Shown piece by piece: positions 45,687 to 54,369 of a stretch of 58,627 nt of DNA. This DNA comes from an uncultured Ruminococcus sp. GTDB lineage: Bacteria; Bacillota; Clostridia; Oscillospirales; CAG-272. The DNA lies in contig CAZXVF010000002.1 in the NCBI GenBank assembly GCA_964644445.1, positions 1 to 58,627 of the forward strand, read 5' to 3'. Position 1 is the stretch's first letter, and each line of letters begins with the position of its first letter. The translations under genes were made by a program, and so were the position numbers. Below the pieces are notes generated by a model, which made no database searches, was not told the DNA's origin, and saw only the letters and a list, made by a program, of their open reading frames with translations.

Positions 45687-46870
45687 GATTTGTATCTCTC
45701 CATAAGCTTTTTGAATGCGGGAAGCGAGCGCAATATCATTTCGGTATCAACACAGTAGGAGAGCCTGACGTATCCCCTCGTCCCGAAGTCCTCGCTCGGT
45801 ACTACGAGAAGATCCAGCTTTTTTGCCTCCTCCGAGAAGCGTTCTCCCGAGCCGTCGGGCGCCTTGACGAAAAGATAGAAAGCACCGCTCGGCTTGACCG
45901 TCTCGTACCCGTATTCCGAAAGTGCACCGACGAGTATATCTCTGTTTTTTTCATACGCTTTAATATCCGCGCTAACTCCGAGGCATTCCTTTACGGTTCG
46001 TTGCAGCAGGCTCGGTGCGCAAACGTATCCGAGAGCCCTTCCGGCACCCAGTATTGCCTCCCGTACCGACGAAAAATTATCTGCTCTCGGAGAGATAAGA
46101 GCGTATCCTATCCTTTCACCGGGAATCGAGAGCGACTTGCTGAAGGAGTAGCAGATAACTGAATCGTCGTAATATTTCGTAACGTAAGGAACCTCGACGT
46201 CTCCATAGATTAGCTCGCGGTACGGCTCGTCCGAAATAAGATAGATAATCTTTCCGAGCCGTCGGCTCTCCTCGCGCAGCATATCGCACAGCTCCCTCAG
46301 CGTCGCATCTCCGTACACCGCACCGGTAGGATTGTTCGGAGAATTGATAATTACCGCAGCCGTTTTCGGAGTTATCGCCCTTCGTATTTTCTCGACGTCC
46401 GGCAAAAATTCGTCCGGCGTTGCCTGTACGGCGACCAGCCTGCCGCCGCGTGCTTCAGTGAATACCTTGTACTCGGGAAAATAAGGTGCAATAGCGATAA
46501 CCTCCTCATCGGGCTGTACCAAAGCACCGAGCGTAACGGTAAGTGCCGCTGCCGCTCCCGCCGTCATGTAAATGCAATCGGCACGAATCTGCTCATCGAA
46601 TATTTCGTTTACGTGATCCGCTATCGCTTGCCTGACGGCAATGTCTCCCTCGGCTGACGTATATCCGTGCAGACTCACTGAATCCATTTCGTCTATAAGA
46701 CCTTTGATGCTTGAATTTACCTCAGTCGGCGCGGGCACGCTGGGATTTCCGAGAGAAAAATCGTATACGTTCTCCTCACCTACCTCGAGCTTTCTTTGCT
46801 TTCCGTATTCAAAAAGCTCTCGTATAACGGAGCGCTTGGCTCCCAGTGAACGCATGCTTTCGTTTATCAT
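45683..46870 (-). CDS. Class I/II PLP-dependent aminotransferase (aspartate/aromatic type)
   Basis: 395 aa with NPSVPAP, INSPNNPTG and the PLP-lysine context YSFSKSLSIPGERIGY. GGGAGG RBS. First gene of the aromatic operon. Confidence 0.85.
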   Translation of the reverse strand: MINESMRSLGAKRSVIRELFEYGKQRKLEVGEENVYDFSLGNPSVPAPTEVNSSIKGLIDEMDSVSLHGYTSAEGDIAVRQAIADHVNEIFDEQIRADCIYMTAGAAAALTVTLGALVQPDEEVIAIAPYFPEYKVFTEARGGRLVAVQATPDEFLPDVEKIRRAITPKTAAVIINSPNNPTGAVYGDATLRELCDMLREESRRLGKIIYLISDEPYRELIYGDVEVPYVTKYYDDSVICYSFSKSLSIPGERIGYALISPRADNFSSVREAILGAGRALGYVCAPSLLQRTVKECLGVSADIKAYEKNRDILVGALSEYGYETVKPSGAFYLFVKAPDGSGERFSEEAKKLDLLVVPSEDFGTRGYVRLSYCVDTEMILRSLPAFKKLMERYKS

Positions 46871-47020
46871 ACTCCGCCTCCCGAAAAAAAGTGCCGTATT
46901 TGAATATCCTCGGTAAGTGCTCCTTGTCGGATTTTTGTCCGCTTGCAGTCATATTACGTTCATGCGAAAAGCACCGATTCGTCCGAGTTACCGCACGGGT
47001 GAAATAAATATTTATTTTTT
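46871..47020 (-). promoter_or_regulatory. Structured 5' leader with a terminal U7 tract (candidate attenuator or riboswitch-like element) of the aromatic operon
   Basis: Three nested long-range helices on the minus-strand RNA: 46996..46989 with 46898..46891 (7 of 8 bp), 46987..46983 with 46913..46909 (5 bp), and 46975..46970 with 46921..46916 (6 bp including one G-U). UUUUUUU (46890..46884) and GGGAGG (46882..46877) follow. Confidence 0.4.
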
Positions 47021-47049
47021 ATTATACATAAATTCTGACTCCGTGTCAA
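47021..47049 (-). promoter_or_regulatory. Perfect-consensus sigma-A promoter of the aromatic operon
   Basis: Minus strand reads TTGACA (47049..47044), 17 nt, TATAAT (47026..47021). Confidence 0.65.
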
Positions 47050-47197
47050 GCAAAAGCGGCTATGAAAGTGCGGTTTTAAGTGAAAAAATGTTTCCCGCAA
47101 GCAGTTAAAGTGAAATCCGTTTTTTAAAATCCCGCATTTTACGGATATCCCATCGGCTTGCCTTTGCGCGGAATTTTCAATCTTTTTCGCTGCCGTA

Positions 47198-47226
47198 TTG
47201 CAAAACCGCTTTTTTTGTGATAAAAT
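47198..47226 (+). promoter_or_regulatory. Candidate sigma-A promoter of the FAD-protein gene
   Basis: TTGCAA (47198..47203), 17 nt, TAAAAT (47221..47226). Confidence 0.55.
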
Positions 47227-47255
47227 CAATAATGAAAAAATCAGGAGATAACGCA

Positions 47256-48869
47256 ATGATTAAAACCGATATCAAGGCTCCTATCGGGTATACGAGGGAG
47301 GATCTGACCTCCGCCCTTATGGCAAGACTGCCGCTTACGCTTGACGAGGCGTCGTCGCTTTTGATAGTGAGACGTGCACTTAACGTAAAGGCAAAGGAAA
47401 ACCTCCATTACGATATGACCGTAGCCGTTGAGCTTTCACCCGATAGAGAAAAGAACCTTCTTAACATAAGAAAAAAGACCGCCGCATACGAGATACCGAG
47501 ACTTGACGTTCCGAGTGCCAAGGGCTTTTCATGTCGTCCGCTCGTCGTCGGTGCAGGTCCGGCAGGACTTTTCTGTGCACTCACGCTTGCCATGGCAGGT
47601 GCCGCTCCTATAGTCATCGATCGAGGAATGTCTACGGATGAACGCGTAGAGGCGGTAGAAAGATTTAATCTTTTCGGAATACTCGATACGGAATCAAACG
47701 TTCAGTTCGGCGAAGGAGGCGCAGGAGCATTTTCGGACGGTAAGCTCAAGTACGGCTCGCCCGACGGGTATAAGCTTTTCGTTTTGGACGAGCTGATAGC
47801 CGCAGGCGCGGATCCCGATATCAGATATTCCGTCGGAGCGCATCTCGGCACGGATCGCATGAGATCGATAGTGAAAAAAATACGCGAGAAAATAATTTCT
47901 CACGGCGGTGAATTTAGGTTTTCGACAAGACTTGAAAGTCTTATAACGGACGGTGATAGAGTGAAGGGCGCCGTCCTTTCCCGAAAAAGCGGAGAGGGAA
48001 GAGAAAAATACGATCTATATACCGATACCGTAATACTTGCGATAGGGCACAGTGCCCGCGATACCTTTAAGACGCTGAAATCTCAAGGCGTAGCGATGAG
48101 CAGTCGCGGCTTCGGAATAGGTCTGCGCGTCGAGCATCCGCGTGAATATATAAATTCCCTCGTCTACGGAAAGAATTATCCGAATGAACTTGGTGCCGCC
48201 TCCTATCATCTCGTCACCCACCTGAAAAACGGAAGAAGCGTTTACAGCTTTTGTATGTGCCCGGGCGGCGAGGTCGTTTGTGCGAGCGGAAACGAGGGGT
48301 GCGTGGTTACTAACGGTATGAGTGAGCACGAGCGCAATGCGGATAATTCAAACGCTGCGTATCTCGTCTCCGTCACACCGTCGGATTTCGAGAGTGACGA
48401 TCCTCTTGCGGGATTTGCCCTTCAGGAGAAAATCGAAAGGGCGGCGTACCATTTGACCGGTAAAACCTATAAGGCACCGATATACCGTATGGATGATTTT
48501 ATTCACGAAAGATCGAAGTCCTTCGTCGCCTCCGTAAAGCCGAGCTGCCGCCGCGGAGTAGAAATCGTTTCTCCGACTGCCTACCTTCCGAAGTACGTTA
48601 CCGAGTCTCTCGGAGCGGCTATGTACGATTTCGACTCTTGGATGCCGGGAATACTTTTAGATGATTCCGTTATGACGGGACCTGAAACGCGTACTACCTC
48701 GCCCGTAAGAATAGAAAGAGACGAGAATTTTGAGTCGTCCGTTCGCGGTTTGTATCCCATAGGAGAGGGAGGAGGATACGCAGGCGGAATAGTATCGTCC
48801 GCAAGGGACGGAGTCGCAGCAGCAGTGTCTCTGATAAACGTGAAAAATTCAAAACACCTCTCCGATTAA
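47256..48869 (+). CDS. NAD(FAD)-dependent oxidoreductase (COG2509-like uncharacterised dehydrogenase)
   Basis: The start is set at MIKTDIK (AGGAG RBS). Dinucleotide fold VVGAGPAGLFCALTLA and C-terminal GEGGGYAGGI. Confidence 0.75.
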   Translation: MIKTDIKAPIGYTREDLTSALMARLPLTLDEASSLLIVRRALNVKAKENLHYDMTVAVELSPDREKNLLNIRKKTAAYEIPRLDVPSAKGFSCRPLVVGAGPAGLFCALTLAMAGAAPIVIDRGMSTDERVEAVERFNLFGILDTESNVQFGEGGAGAFSDGKLKYGSPDGYKLFVLDELIAAGADPDIRYSVGAHLGTDRMRSIVKKIREKIISHGGEFRFSTRLESLITDGDRVKGAVLSRKSGEGREKYDLYTDTVILAIGHSARDTFKTLKSQGVAMSSRGFGIGLRVEHPREYINSLVYGKNYPNELGAASYHLVTHLKNGRSVYSFCMCPGGEVVCASGNEGCVVTNGMSEHERNADNSNAAYLVSVTPSDFESDDPLAGFALQEKIERAAYHLTGKTYKAPIYRMDDFIHERSKSFVASVKPSCRRGVEIVSPTAYLPKYVTESLGAAMYDFDSWMPGILLDDSVMTGPETRTTSPVRIERDENFESSVRGLYPIGEGGGYAGGIVSSARDGVAAAVSLINVKNSKHLSD

Positions 48870-48874
48870 AAGTA

Positions 48875-48897
48875 AAAGCCGCGCTGAGCGGCTTTTG
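48875..48897. terminator. Bidirectional terminator
   Basis: aaaagccgc (48875..48883), loop gctga, gcggctttt (48889..48897), between convergent genes. Confidence 0.6.
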
Positions 48898-48971
48898 TAA
48901 ATTATAGTCATAAGAACTTAAATAACGGTTTTATCAAGTGTATAGCGCAAGAATGTATCCGTAACACGACG

Positions 48972-49787
48972 TCACAAAAACAGCAATATAATTTTCTTTG
49001 CCCATGAAAGATAGCTCGGAACAATATCGTCGAGCGCCGCACTTACGGTCGGAAGGTTTTCTGCCGAAAGCTCCCCCACAAGCTCAAATACGCTTCCGAC
49101 TGCCTTAGTATCACCGATAGCGATCCTTGCCATTGCAGTATCTCCGAGAGCAAAATATCTTCCGATAGCCAGAGCACCGATTGAAAAGTCTCCGATTGCA
49201 ATAGCACCGAGCGAAATAATTCCGGCACTTATTGCACCTGCCGTAAATATTCCGACGGAGAAGCAGCCCGCACTTAACAGCCCGACGGCAAGCATACCGA
49301 GCGAAATCAAACCGACTGATAAAAATCCCATGGACAGCAGTCCGATGGCAAGTACACCAAGCGATAAGATCCCCTTTGCCTTGAAGCCGACGGCAATTAT
49401 TCCGCGCGCATCAAATCCGATTGCGATAAATCCCCGTGCATGCTTTCCGACGTGCCAGAGCGGCATTCCGAATACGGTCTTTTTGCTCGTAAAAGAAAAT
49501 TCTTCAAAGTTGAAAATACTCTTTTCGTTTTCTTTTTGCTTTGATTCGCACGCTGTATCGCATTGTGCGTGATCGTTTTTCATCGTCCTCTCCGAGTCGC
49601 GTATCAAATAGTCGAGCGAGCAATCGTACAGATTACTTATTCTCACAAGCTTATCGGTTTCGGGATACGTAACGTCGCTTTCCCACTTGCTTATTGCCTG
49701 CCGTGAAACGCCGATGAGCTCCGCAAGCTGTTCCTGCGTGTAGTTGTTTTCTTTTCTCATTTTTTGCAGCTTTTCGCCAAGCGTCAT
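48972..49787 (-). CDS. XRE-family HTH protein with a C-terminal glycine-periodic hydrophobic repeat region
   Basis: The start is set at MTLGEKLQKMR (GGAGG RBS). HTH YTQEQLAELIGVSRQAISKWES. The C-terminal half has Gly at every 5th residue for about 20 units. Confidence 0.85.
   Translation of the reverse strand: MTLGEKLQKMRKENNYTQEQLAELIGVSRQAISKWESDVTYPETDKLVRISNLYDCSLDYLIRDSERTMKNDHAQCDTACESKQKENEKSIFNFEEFSFTSKKTVFGMPLWHVGKHARGFIAIGFDARGIIAVGFKAKGILSLGVLAIGLLSMGFLSVGLISLGMLAVGLLSAGCFSVGIFTAGAISAGIISLGAIAIGDFSIGALAIGRYFALGDTAMARIAIGDTKAVGSVFELVGELSAENLPTVSAALDDIVPSYLSWAKKIILLFL
49095..49450 (-). repeat. Intragenic 15-nt periodic tandem repeat encoding [AS]-x-G-[ILF]-x pentapeptides
   Basis: The plus strand shows nnnCCGAnnGnnAnn-like units every 15 nt. 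The protein reads ARGFI AIGFD ARGII AVGFK AKGIL SLGVL AIGLL SMGFL SVGLI SLGML AVGLL SAGCF SVGIF TAGAI SAGII SLGAI AIGDF SIGAL AIGRY. Confidence 0.8.
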
Positions 49788-49824
49788 AATTATGACCTCC
49801 AATCCGAACGTACAGTTCTGCTTG

Positions 49825-49853
49825 AGTATAGCATCCCTCAGAAAAAAAGTCTA
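49825..49853 (-). promoter_or_regulatory. Candidate sigma-A promoter of the XRE gene
   Basis: Minus strand reads TAGACT (49853..49848), 17 nt, TATACT (49830..49825). Confidence 0.45.
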
Positions 49854-49918
49854 TCACCTTCGGGTTTCAGAATGTAATCTTTGAGTTGCATTTGCATTTT
49901 TTCAAATTAGTAAAATTG

Positions 49919-49943
49919 ATCCCAAGCCTTTTCGACTTGGGAT
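49919..49943 (-). terminator. Possible terminator after the M29 aminopeptidase gene
   Basis: atcccaag (49919..49926) pairs with cttgggat (49936..49943). On the minus strand it is followed by the U-rich CAATTTTACTAATTTG. Confidence 0.45.
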
Positions 49944-49990
49944 TTACCGTTATATGACAATAATTGTTGTCATTTTACACTATGTTTCAA

Positions 49991-51217
49991 TTAAAATGCC
50001 CAGTTTCCGTTTTCAAAGATCTTAACTTCGCGTCCGTCGTTGCATACCGCGATTATAGACATATCCTCCGTTCCGATCATGAAGTCCTCGTGAATTATCG
50101 AGTCGTTTATGCCCATATCGTGAAGCTCCTTCTCGGTGTGATTTTCATAACCGCGGATAACGTTCGTAAAGCCTCTGCCGAGCGCAAGGTGACAAGCCGC
50201 GTTTTCGTCGAAGAGAGTGTTGTAGAAGAGAAGTCCGGATTCCCTGATAGGAGAATTGTAAGGAACGAGAGCGCATTCGCCGAGATATGCGGCCCCCTCA
50301 TCCATGCCTATCATCTCACGGAGCAGCTCGGCGTTCTTTTCCGCACCGACGTCAACTGCCTTGCCTCCCTCGAATTTTACCCAGAAGTTTTCGATAAGCT
50401 GACCGCCGTAGGAAAGAGGACGTGAGGAATAAACTATACCGTCGGCGTCTCCGCGCCTGGGCGAAGTAAACAGCTCCTCTGAGGGAATGTTGGGATTGTA
50501 ATATATCTTCGTTCCGAGAGTTTCCTCACCGCCCGCCATAAATATGGCGTTGGGGAGAAGACCTACTCTGAAGTCCGTTCCGTTCGAAGATTTGTATTTC
50601 AGCTCCTTGATTCCGAGCGCGTTCATATATCTGCATCTTCTTGCTAGATCCTCGTTATGGAGTCGCCATGCTTCAATGGGATCGTCCGTAACTCTGGACG
50701 TGGAAAGAATTGCTTCCCAGAGCTTTTCCATCGCAACGCTCGTTCTCTCGTTCGGGAACACCTTCTTTGCCCATTCCTTACCGGGAACTGCGGCAATACA
50801 CCATTGGTATTTGTTTTCCATTTTCGCTCTGATGGGCTTTATAATCTTTGCTCTTGCCGCCATTGATTTAGCCATTTTCTTTTGATTTACACCTGCAAGT
50901 CCGTCGGGATCCTCACTGATAAGATGTATCATGCAGGGAAGCACCTCGGCTCTGTGCTCGAGTCTTTCGATCTGCCATTTTTCAACCGTGCCGAGCACCT
51001 TCTCGGAGCAGTATCTGATATCGGATTTCGTCAGCGGCTGATACGACCATTGCACGGTTACCTGCTTTGCTCCCGCTTTGTAGCACTCGTCGGCAACCAT
51101 TTTGACAAACTCTGGCTGATCAAGCTCCGCGTTAATGACTACCTCCTGTCCCTTTTGTACGTTAACACCGCATCTTGCGATGAGATTTGCATACTTTCTG
51201 AGTCTTGTTTTATTCAT
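49991..51217 (-). CDS. M29-family aminopeptidase (AmpS/PepS-like)
   Basis: The start is set at MNKTRLRKYANLIARCGVNVQKGQEV (GAAGGA RBS). The overall profile is typical of M29. Confidence 0.8.
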   Translation of the reverse strand: MNKTRLRKYANLIARCGVNVQKGQEVVINAELDQPEFVKMVADECYKAGAKQVTVQWSYQPLTKSDIRYCSEKVLGTVEKWQIERLEHRAEVLPCMIHLISEDPDGLAGVNQKKMAKSMAARAKIIKPIRAKMENKYQWCIAAVPGKEWAKKVFPNERTSVAMEKLWEAILSTSRVTDDPIEAWRLHNEDLARRCRYMNALGIKELKYKSSNGTDFRVGLLPNAIFMAGGEETLGTKIYYNPNIPSEELFTSPRRGDADGIVYSSRPLSYGGQLIENFWVKFEGGKAVDVGAEKNAELLREMIGMDEGAAYLGECALVPYNSPIRESGLLFYNTLFDENAACHLALGRGFTNVIRGYENHTEKELHDMGINDSIIHEDFMIGTEDMSIIAVCNDGREVKIFENGNWAF

Positions 51218-51368
51218 TGTATTCGTCCTTCCCGTGCTACGCGGCATTGCCACGAGCACCATTGCTTTTCATTTTTTGATTTAACGTCGTCTATTGCAAA
51301 AAAACTTGATTTATTGCCGTTATGCAACGTTTGGTTTGCTTTTTAGAGTTTTTTAACGGCTTTCAGTA

Positions 51369-52787
51369 TTATACGCTCTTCAGAACTTCCTTTAGATATT
51401 CCCATACTCTGACAGTCGAGGATATCGAGAGCCTTTCCTCAGTGGTATGAATATCGAAGTTATCGGGCCCGATAGAAACACAGTCAAGTCCCTCCATTTT
51501 GCCGGAGAATATTCCGCATTCCAGTCCCGCGTGTATCGTCATAACGACGGGGGATTTGCCGTACATCCTCTCGTATACCTCACACATAACGTCGCGTAAA
51601 TGAGATTCTTTTCTGTATTCCCAAGCAGGATACTCGCCGTAGCGTGCAAAGCTTGAACCGTGCTCGTACGCTATTTTTTCAAGCTCTCCTGCCAGCTTTT
51701 CCTTTTCTTCACCCACAGCGCTTCTGACGGAGAACGATATTTCCGCGCTGTCAGCGTCTGTTTTAAGTATACCGAGGTTGAGCGATGTCTCAACTAAGCC
51801 CTCGATATCGCTCATCATCCGTATAACTCCGTTCGGAACCTCGCGTATCAAGGATATTACGTTTTTCGAGTCACTCGTGCTCACGCCGCAAAATTCGCCC
51901 CGAGCCTCTTTAAGTGAGACCGTCATCTCGTCCTCGACGTCGCCGTAAAGCTTTTTAAGAACCGATGCTACTGCTTCCTCACAGGGCACCTTTGCCGCGA
52001 TAAACGTACATTCCGCAAATCTGGGAATCGCGTTGTCGGCATTTCCGCCGTTCATACTCACTATTGAAACGTCATGAATAAGTGCCAGTCCGTCCGCCAG
52101 TGCCTTTATGGCGTTTTTACGTCCCTTATCTATTTCGGCACCGCTGTGACCGCCCTTGAAGCCGCTTATGCTAAGCGTATAAGCCACGTCACTCTTTATA
52201 TCGCGGTGTATAGGTGTTTGGATATCTACTCGCATACCTCCGGCACACCCTACGGTGAATATTCCCTCGGCGTCCGAATCAATATTTATCATGAGCCGTC
52301 CTTCAATATCGGACGTATCAAGCCCTACCGCGCCGAGCAGTCCTATTTCCTCGTTTGAAGTGAATACCGCCTCGATCGCAGGATGAGGGATATCCTCAGA
52401 GTCGAGAAGAGCAAGTGAGTACGCCATGGCAACTCCGTCGTCTCCTCCGAGAGTAGAGCCTCTTGCGCGAAGAAAATCTCCGTCAATATATAATTCCGGA
52501 CCGCATGTCAGAAGATCGACCTTACAGTCCTCGTTTTTTGCCAGTACCATATCGGTGTGACCCTGTATCACCACCGTCGGCTTGCTTTCGTACCCCTCTG
52601 TCGCGGGCTTTTTGATTATGACGTTGTCATGCTCGTCGCGTCTGAATGCAAGCCCCCTGTTTTTTGCAAATTCTACTAAATAATCTGCGATCGCCGAGGT
52701 ATGAGTCGAGCCTCTCGGCACGCGTGAAAAATCGGCAAAAAATTCAAACACTTTTCTCGCAGATCCGGTTTCGGAAAAATTAATCAT
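51369..52787 (-). CDS. pepD: Aminoacyl-histidine dipeptidase (PepD, M20 family)
   Basis: 472 aa with FADFSRVPRGS, IQGHTDMV and LGGDDG motifs. GGAGG RBS. Confidence 0.85.
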   Translation of the reverse strand: MINFSETGSARKVFEFFADFSRVPRGSTHTSAIADYLVEFAKNRGLAFRRDEHDNVIIKKPATEGYESKPTVVIQGHTDMVLAKNEDCKVDLLTCGPELYIDGDFLRARGSTLGGDDGVAMAYSLALLDSEDIPHPAIEAVFTSNEEIGLLGAVGLDTSDIEGRLMINIDSDAEGIFTVGCAGGMRVDIQTPIHRDIKSDVAYTLSISGFKGGHSGAEIDKGRKNAIKALADGLALIHDVSIVSMNGGNADNAIPRFAECTFIAAKVPCEEAVASVLKKLYGDVEDEMTVSLKEARGEFCGVSTSDSKNVISLIREVPNGVIRMMSDIEGLVETSLNLGILKTDADSAEISFSVRSAVGEEKEKLAGELEKIAYEHGSSFARYGEYPAWEYRKESHLRDVMCEVYERMYGKSPVVMTIHAGLECGIFSGKMEGLDCVSIGPDNFDIHTTEERLSISSTVRVWEYLKEVLKSV

Positions 52788-52816
52788 TATGACCTCCGTA
52801 AGATATTCTATTTACA

Positions 52817-52845
52817 ATTTTACACCAAAGTTTAATATTTTTCAA
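52817..52845 (-). promoter_or_regulatory. Candidate sigma-A promoter of pepD
   Basis: Minus strand reads TTGAAA (52845..52840), 17 nt, TAAAAT (52822..52817). Confidence 0.55.
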
Positions 52846-52853
52846 GTATCAAG

Positions 52854-52882
52854 TTGACAATTATTGAGAAAAGTTGTAAAAT
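52854..52882 (+). promoter_or_regulatory. Candidate sigma-A promoter of the M18 aminopeptidase gene
   Basis: TTGACA (52854..52859), 17 nt, TAAAAT (52877..52882). Confidence 0.6.
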
Positions 52883-52941
52883 ATATCCGACAGACGTTTC
52901 AGGTAAAATCGATTTCGGCTTGCCTGATAAGAAAAGGAACA

Positions 52942-54222
52942 ATGAAAATGGAAAAAATAGAAAGACTTTCAAGCTTTATAAAATCCTCCCCCACCGCGTA
53001 TCACGCGACGGATACAATAGCGCGAGAGCTTGCCACGCATGGTTACACTCGTATATCGCCCTCTAACCTCTCTGCGTTCTCCGACGGAAAAAAGCATTTC
53101 GTCATTTTAGGCGGCTCGTCCGTTATAGCTTTTGAGGGGAAGGGAAGAGAAGGCTTTATGATCTGCGCTTCTCATAGCGATTCTCCGGCATTTAGGGTAA
53201 AGTCAATATCTCCCGCATCTGCGGATTATGCACGGGTAGGCGTAGAAAAATACGGCGGCATGATACATTACACGTGGCTTGACAGACCTCTCTCCGTTGC
53301 AGGACGCGTTTTCGTTCGTACCGAGTCGGGAATATCAGAGCGCCTCTTGAATTTAGATCGCGATTCCATGATAATTCCCTCGGTGGCAATTCATCTTAAC
53401 AGAGGCGTGAACGACGGTGCAAAGCATAATCCCGCAATAGACCTTATACCACTATCCGGAATGGACGGCGCATCTCTTTCGTCGGCAATAGCAAACGAGC
53501 TTTCGGTAAACGAGTCCGATATAGTTTCACACGACCTGTTCGTCTATAACAGAGATAAAACCTCGGTCTGCGGGCTTAACGGTGAGCTTATAGTATCTCC
53601 GCGGCTTGACGATCTCGAATGTGTTCACGCATCTCTCCGTGCATTTTTGGAAGCCGAAGATAACAGCCGTTCCGTTAAGGTGCTTGCCGTATTCGATAAC
53701 GAGGAGGTCGGCTCGGAAACTAAGCAGGGCGCCGCATCCTCCGTATTAAGCGATACGTTGATTAAAATAGCCGGAGGAAGCGAAAAATATTACGAAATGC
53801 TCGAAAACAGCTTTATGATAAGTGCGGATAACGCTCACGCGCGACATCCGAATCATCCCGAGCTTTCCGATTCCGAAAACGCCCCCGTCCTTGGCGGCGG
53901 AGTAGTAGTGAAGTATAACGGAAATCAGCGCTATACCACCGACGGATTCTCGGACGGAGTCTTAAGAACCGTAGCCGAGAGGGAAGGTGTAAGGCTTCAA
54001 AAGTATTACAACAGAGCTGATATTGCAGGAGGCTCGACTCTCGGCTCTATAGCCACCACGAAGCTTCCCGTGCCCGCCGTAGATATAGGTCTTCCGCAGC
54101 TTGCTATGCATTCCGCAAACGAAACGGCGTCGGTCTCCGATTATCTTGAAATGGAGAGATTGTTAACGGCGTTCTACCGCTCTTCAATTCGCAGAAACAG
54201 CTCCGATACCGAAATTTTATAA
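52942..54222 (+). CDS. M18-family (aspartyl) aminopeptidase
   Basis: The start is set at MKMEKIERLSSFIKSSPTAYHA (AAAGGAA RBS). Motifs SHSDSP, DNEEVGS and LAMHSANE. Confidence 0.85.
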   Translation: MKMEKIERLSSFIKSSPTAYHATDTIARELATHGYTRISPSNLSAFSDGKKHFVILGGSSVIAFEGKGREGFMICASHSDSPAFRVKSISPASADYARVGVEKYGGMIHYTWLDRPLSVAGRVFVRTESGISERLLNLDRDSMIIPSVAIHLNRGVNDGAKHNPAIDLIPLSGMDGASLSSAIANELSVNESDIVSHDLFVYNRDKTSVCGLNGELIVSPRLDDLECVHASLRAFLEAEDNSRSVKVLAVFDNEEVGSETKQGAASSVLSDTLIKIAGGSEKYYEMLENSFMISADNAHARHPNHPELSDSENAPVLGGGVVVKYNGNQRYTTDGFSDGVLRTVAEREGVRLQKYYNRADIAGGSTLGSIATTKLPVPAVDIGLPQLAMHSANETASVSDYLEMERLLTAFYRSSIRRNSSDTEIL

Positions 54223-54274
54223 GGTAGTACGCGAGGACGAAAATACTTTCACAGCGAAATCAACTAAATAAAAA

Positions 54275-54322
54275 CAAAAAAACACGGAAACGACTTTACA
54301 TGGCCAAGATCCGTGTTTTTAT
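54275..54322. terminator. Bidirectional terminator
   Basis: acacgga (54282..54288) pairs with tccgtgt (54310..54316), flanked by an A-run and by TTTTTATT, between convergent genes. Confidence 0.6.
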
Positions 54323-54369
54323 TATGTAATTTTGCGTACCTTATTAACACAAACGTTCGTTAGGCAAAG

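Noticed and set aside
46884-46960. Upstream ORF in the aromatic-operon leader that encodes ...IFKYGTFF... (a possible aromatic-rich leader peptide)
   Set aside because: The ATG (about 46952) has no Shine-Dalgarno sequence. The frame runs on into the aminotransferase gene for about 48 codons. The aromatic codons lie on the 3' arm and U-tract rather than upstream of an alternative structure. Leader-peptide attenuation is also uncommon in Firmicutes. It remains only a footnote to the leader finding.
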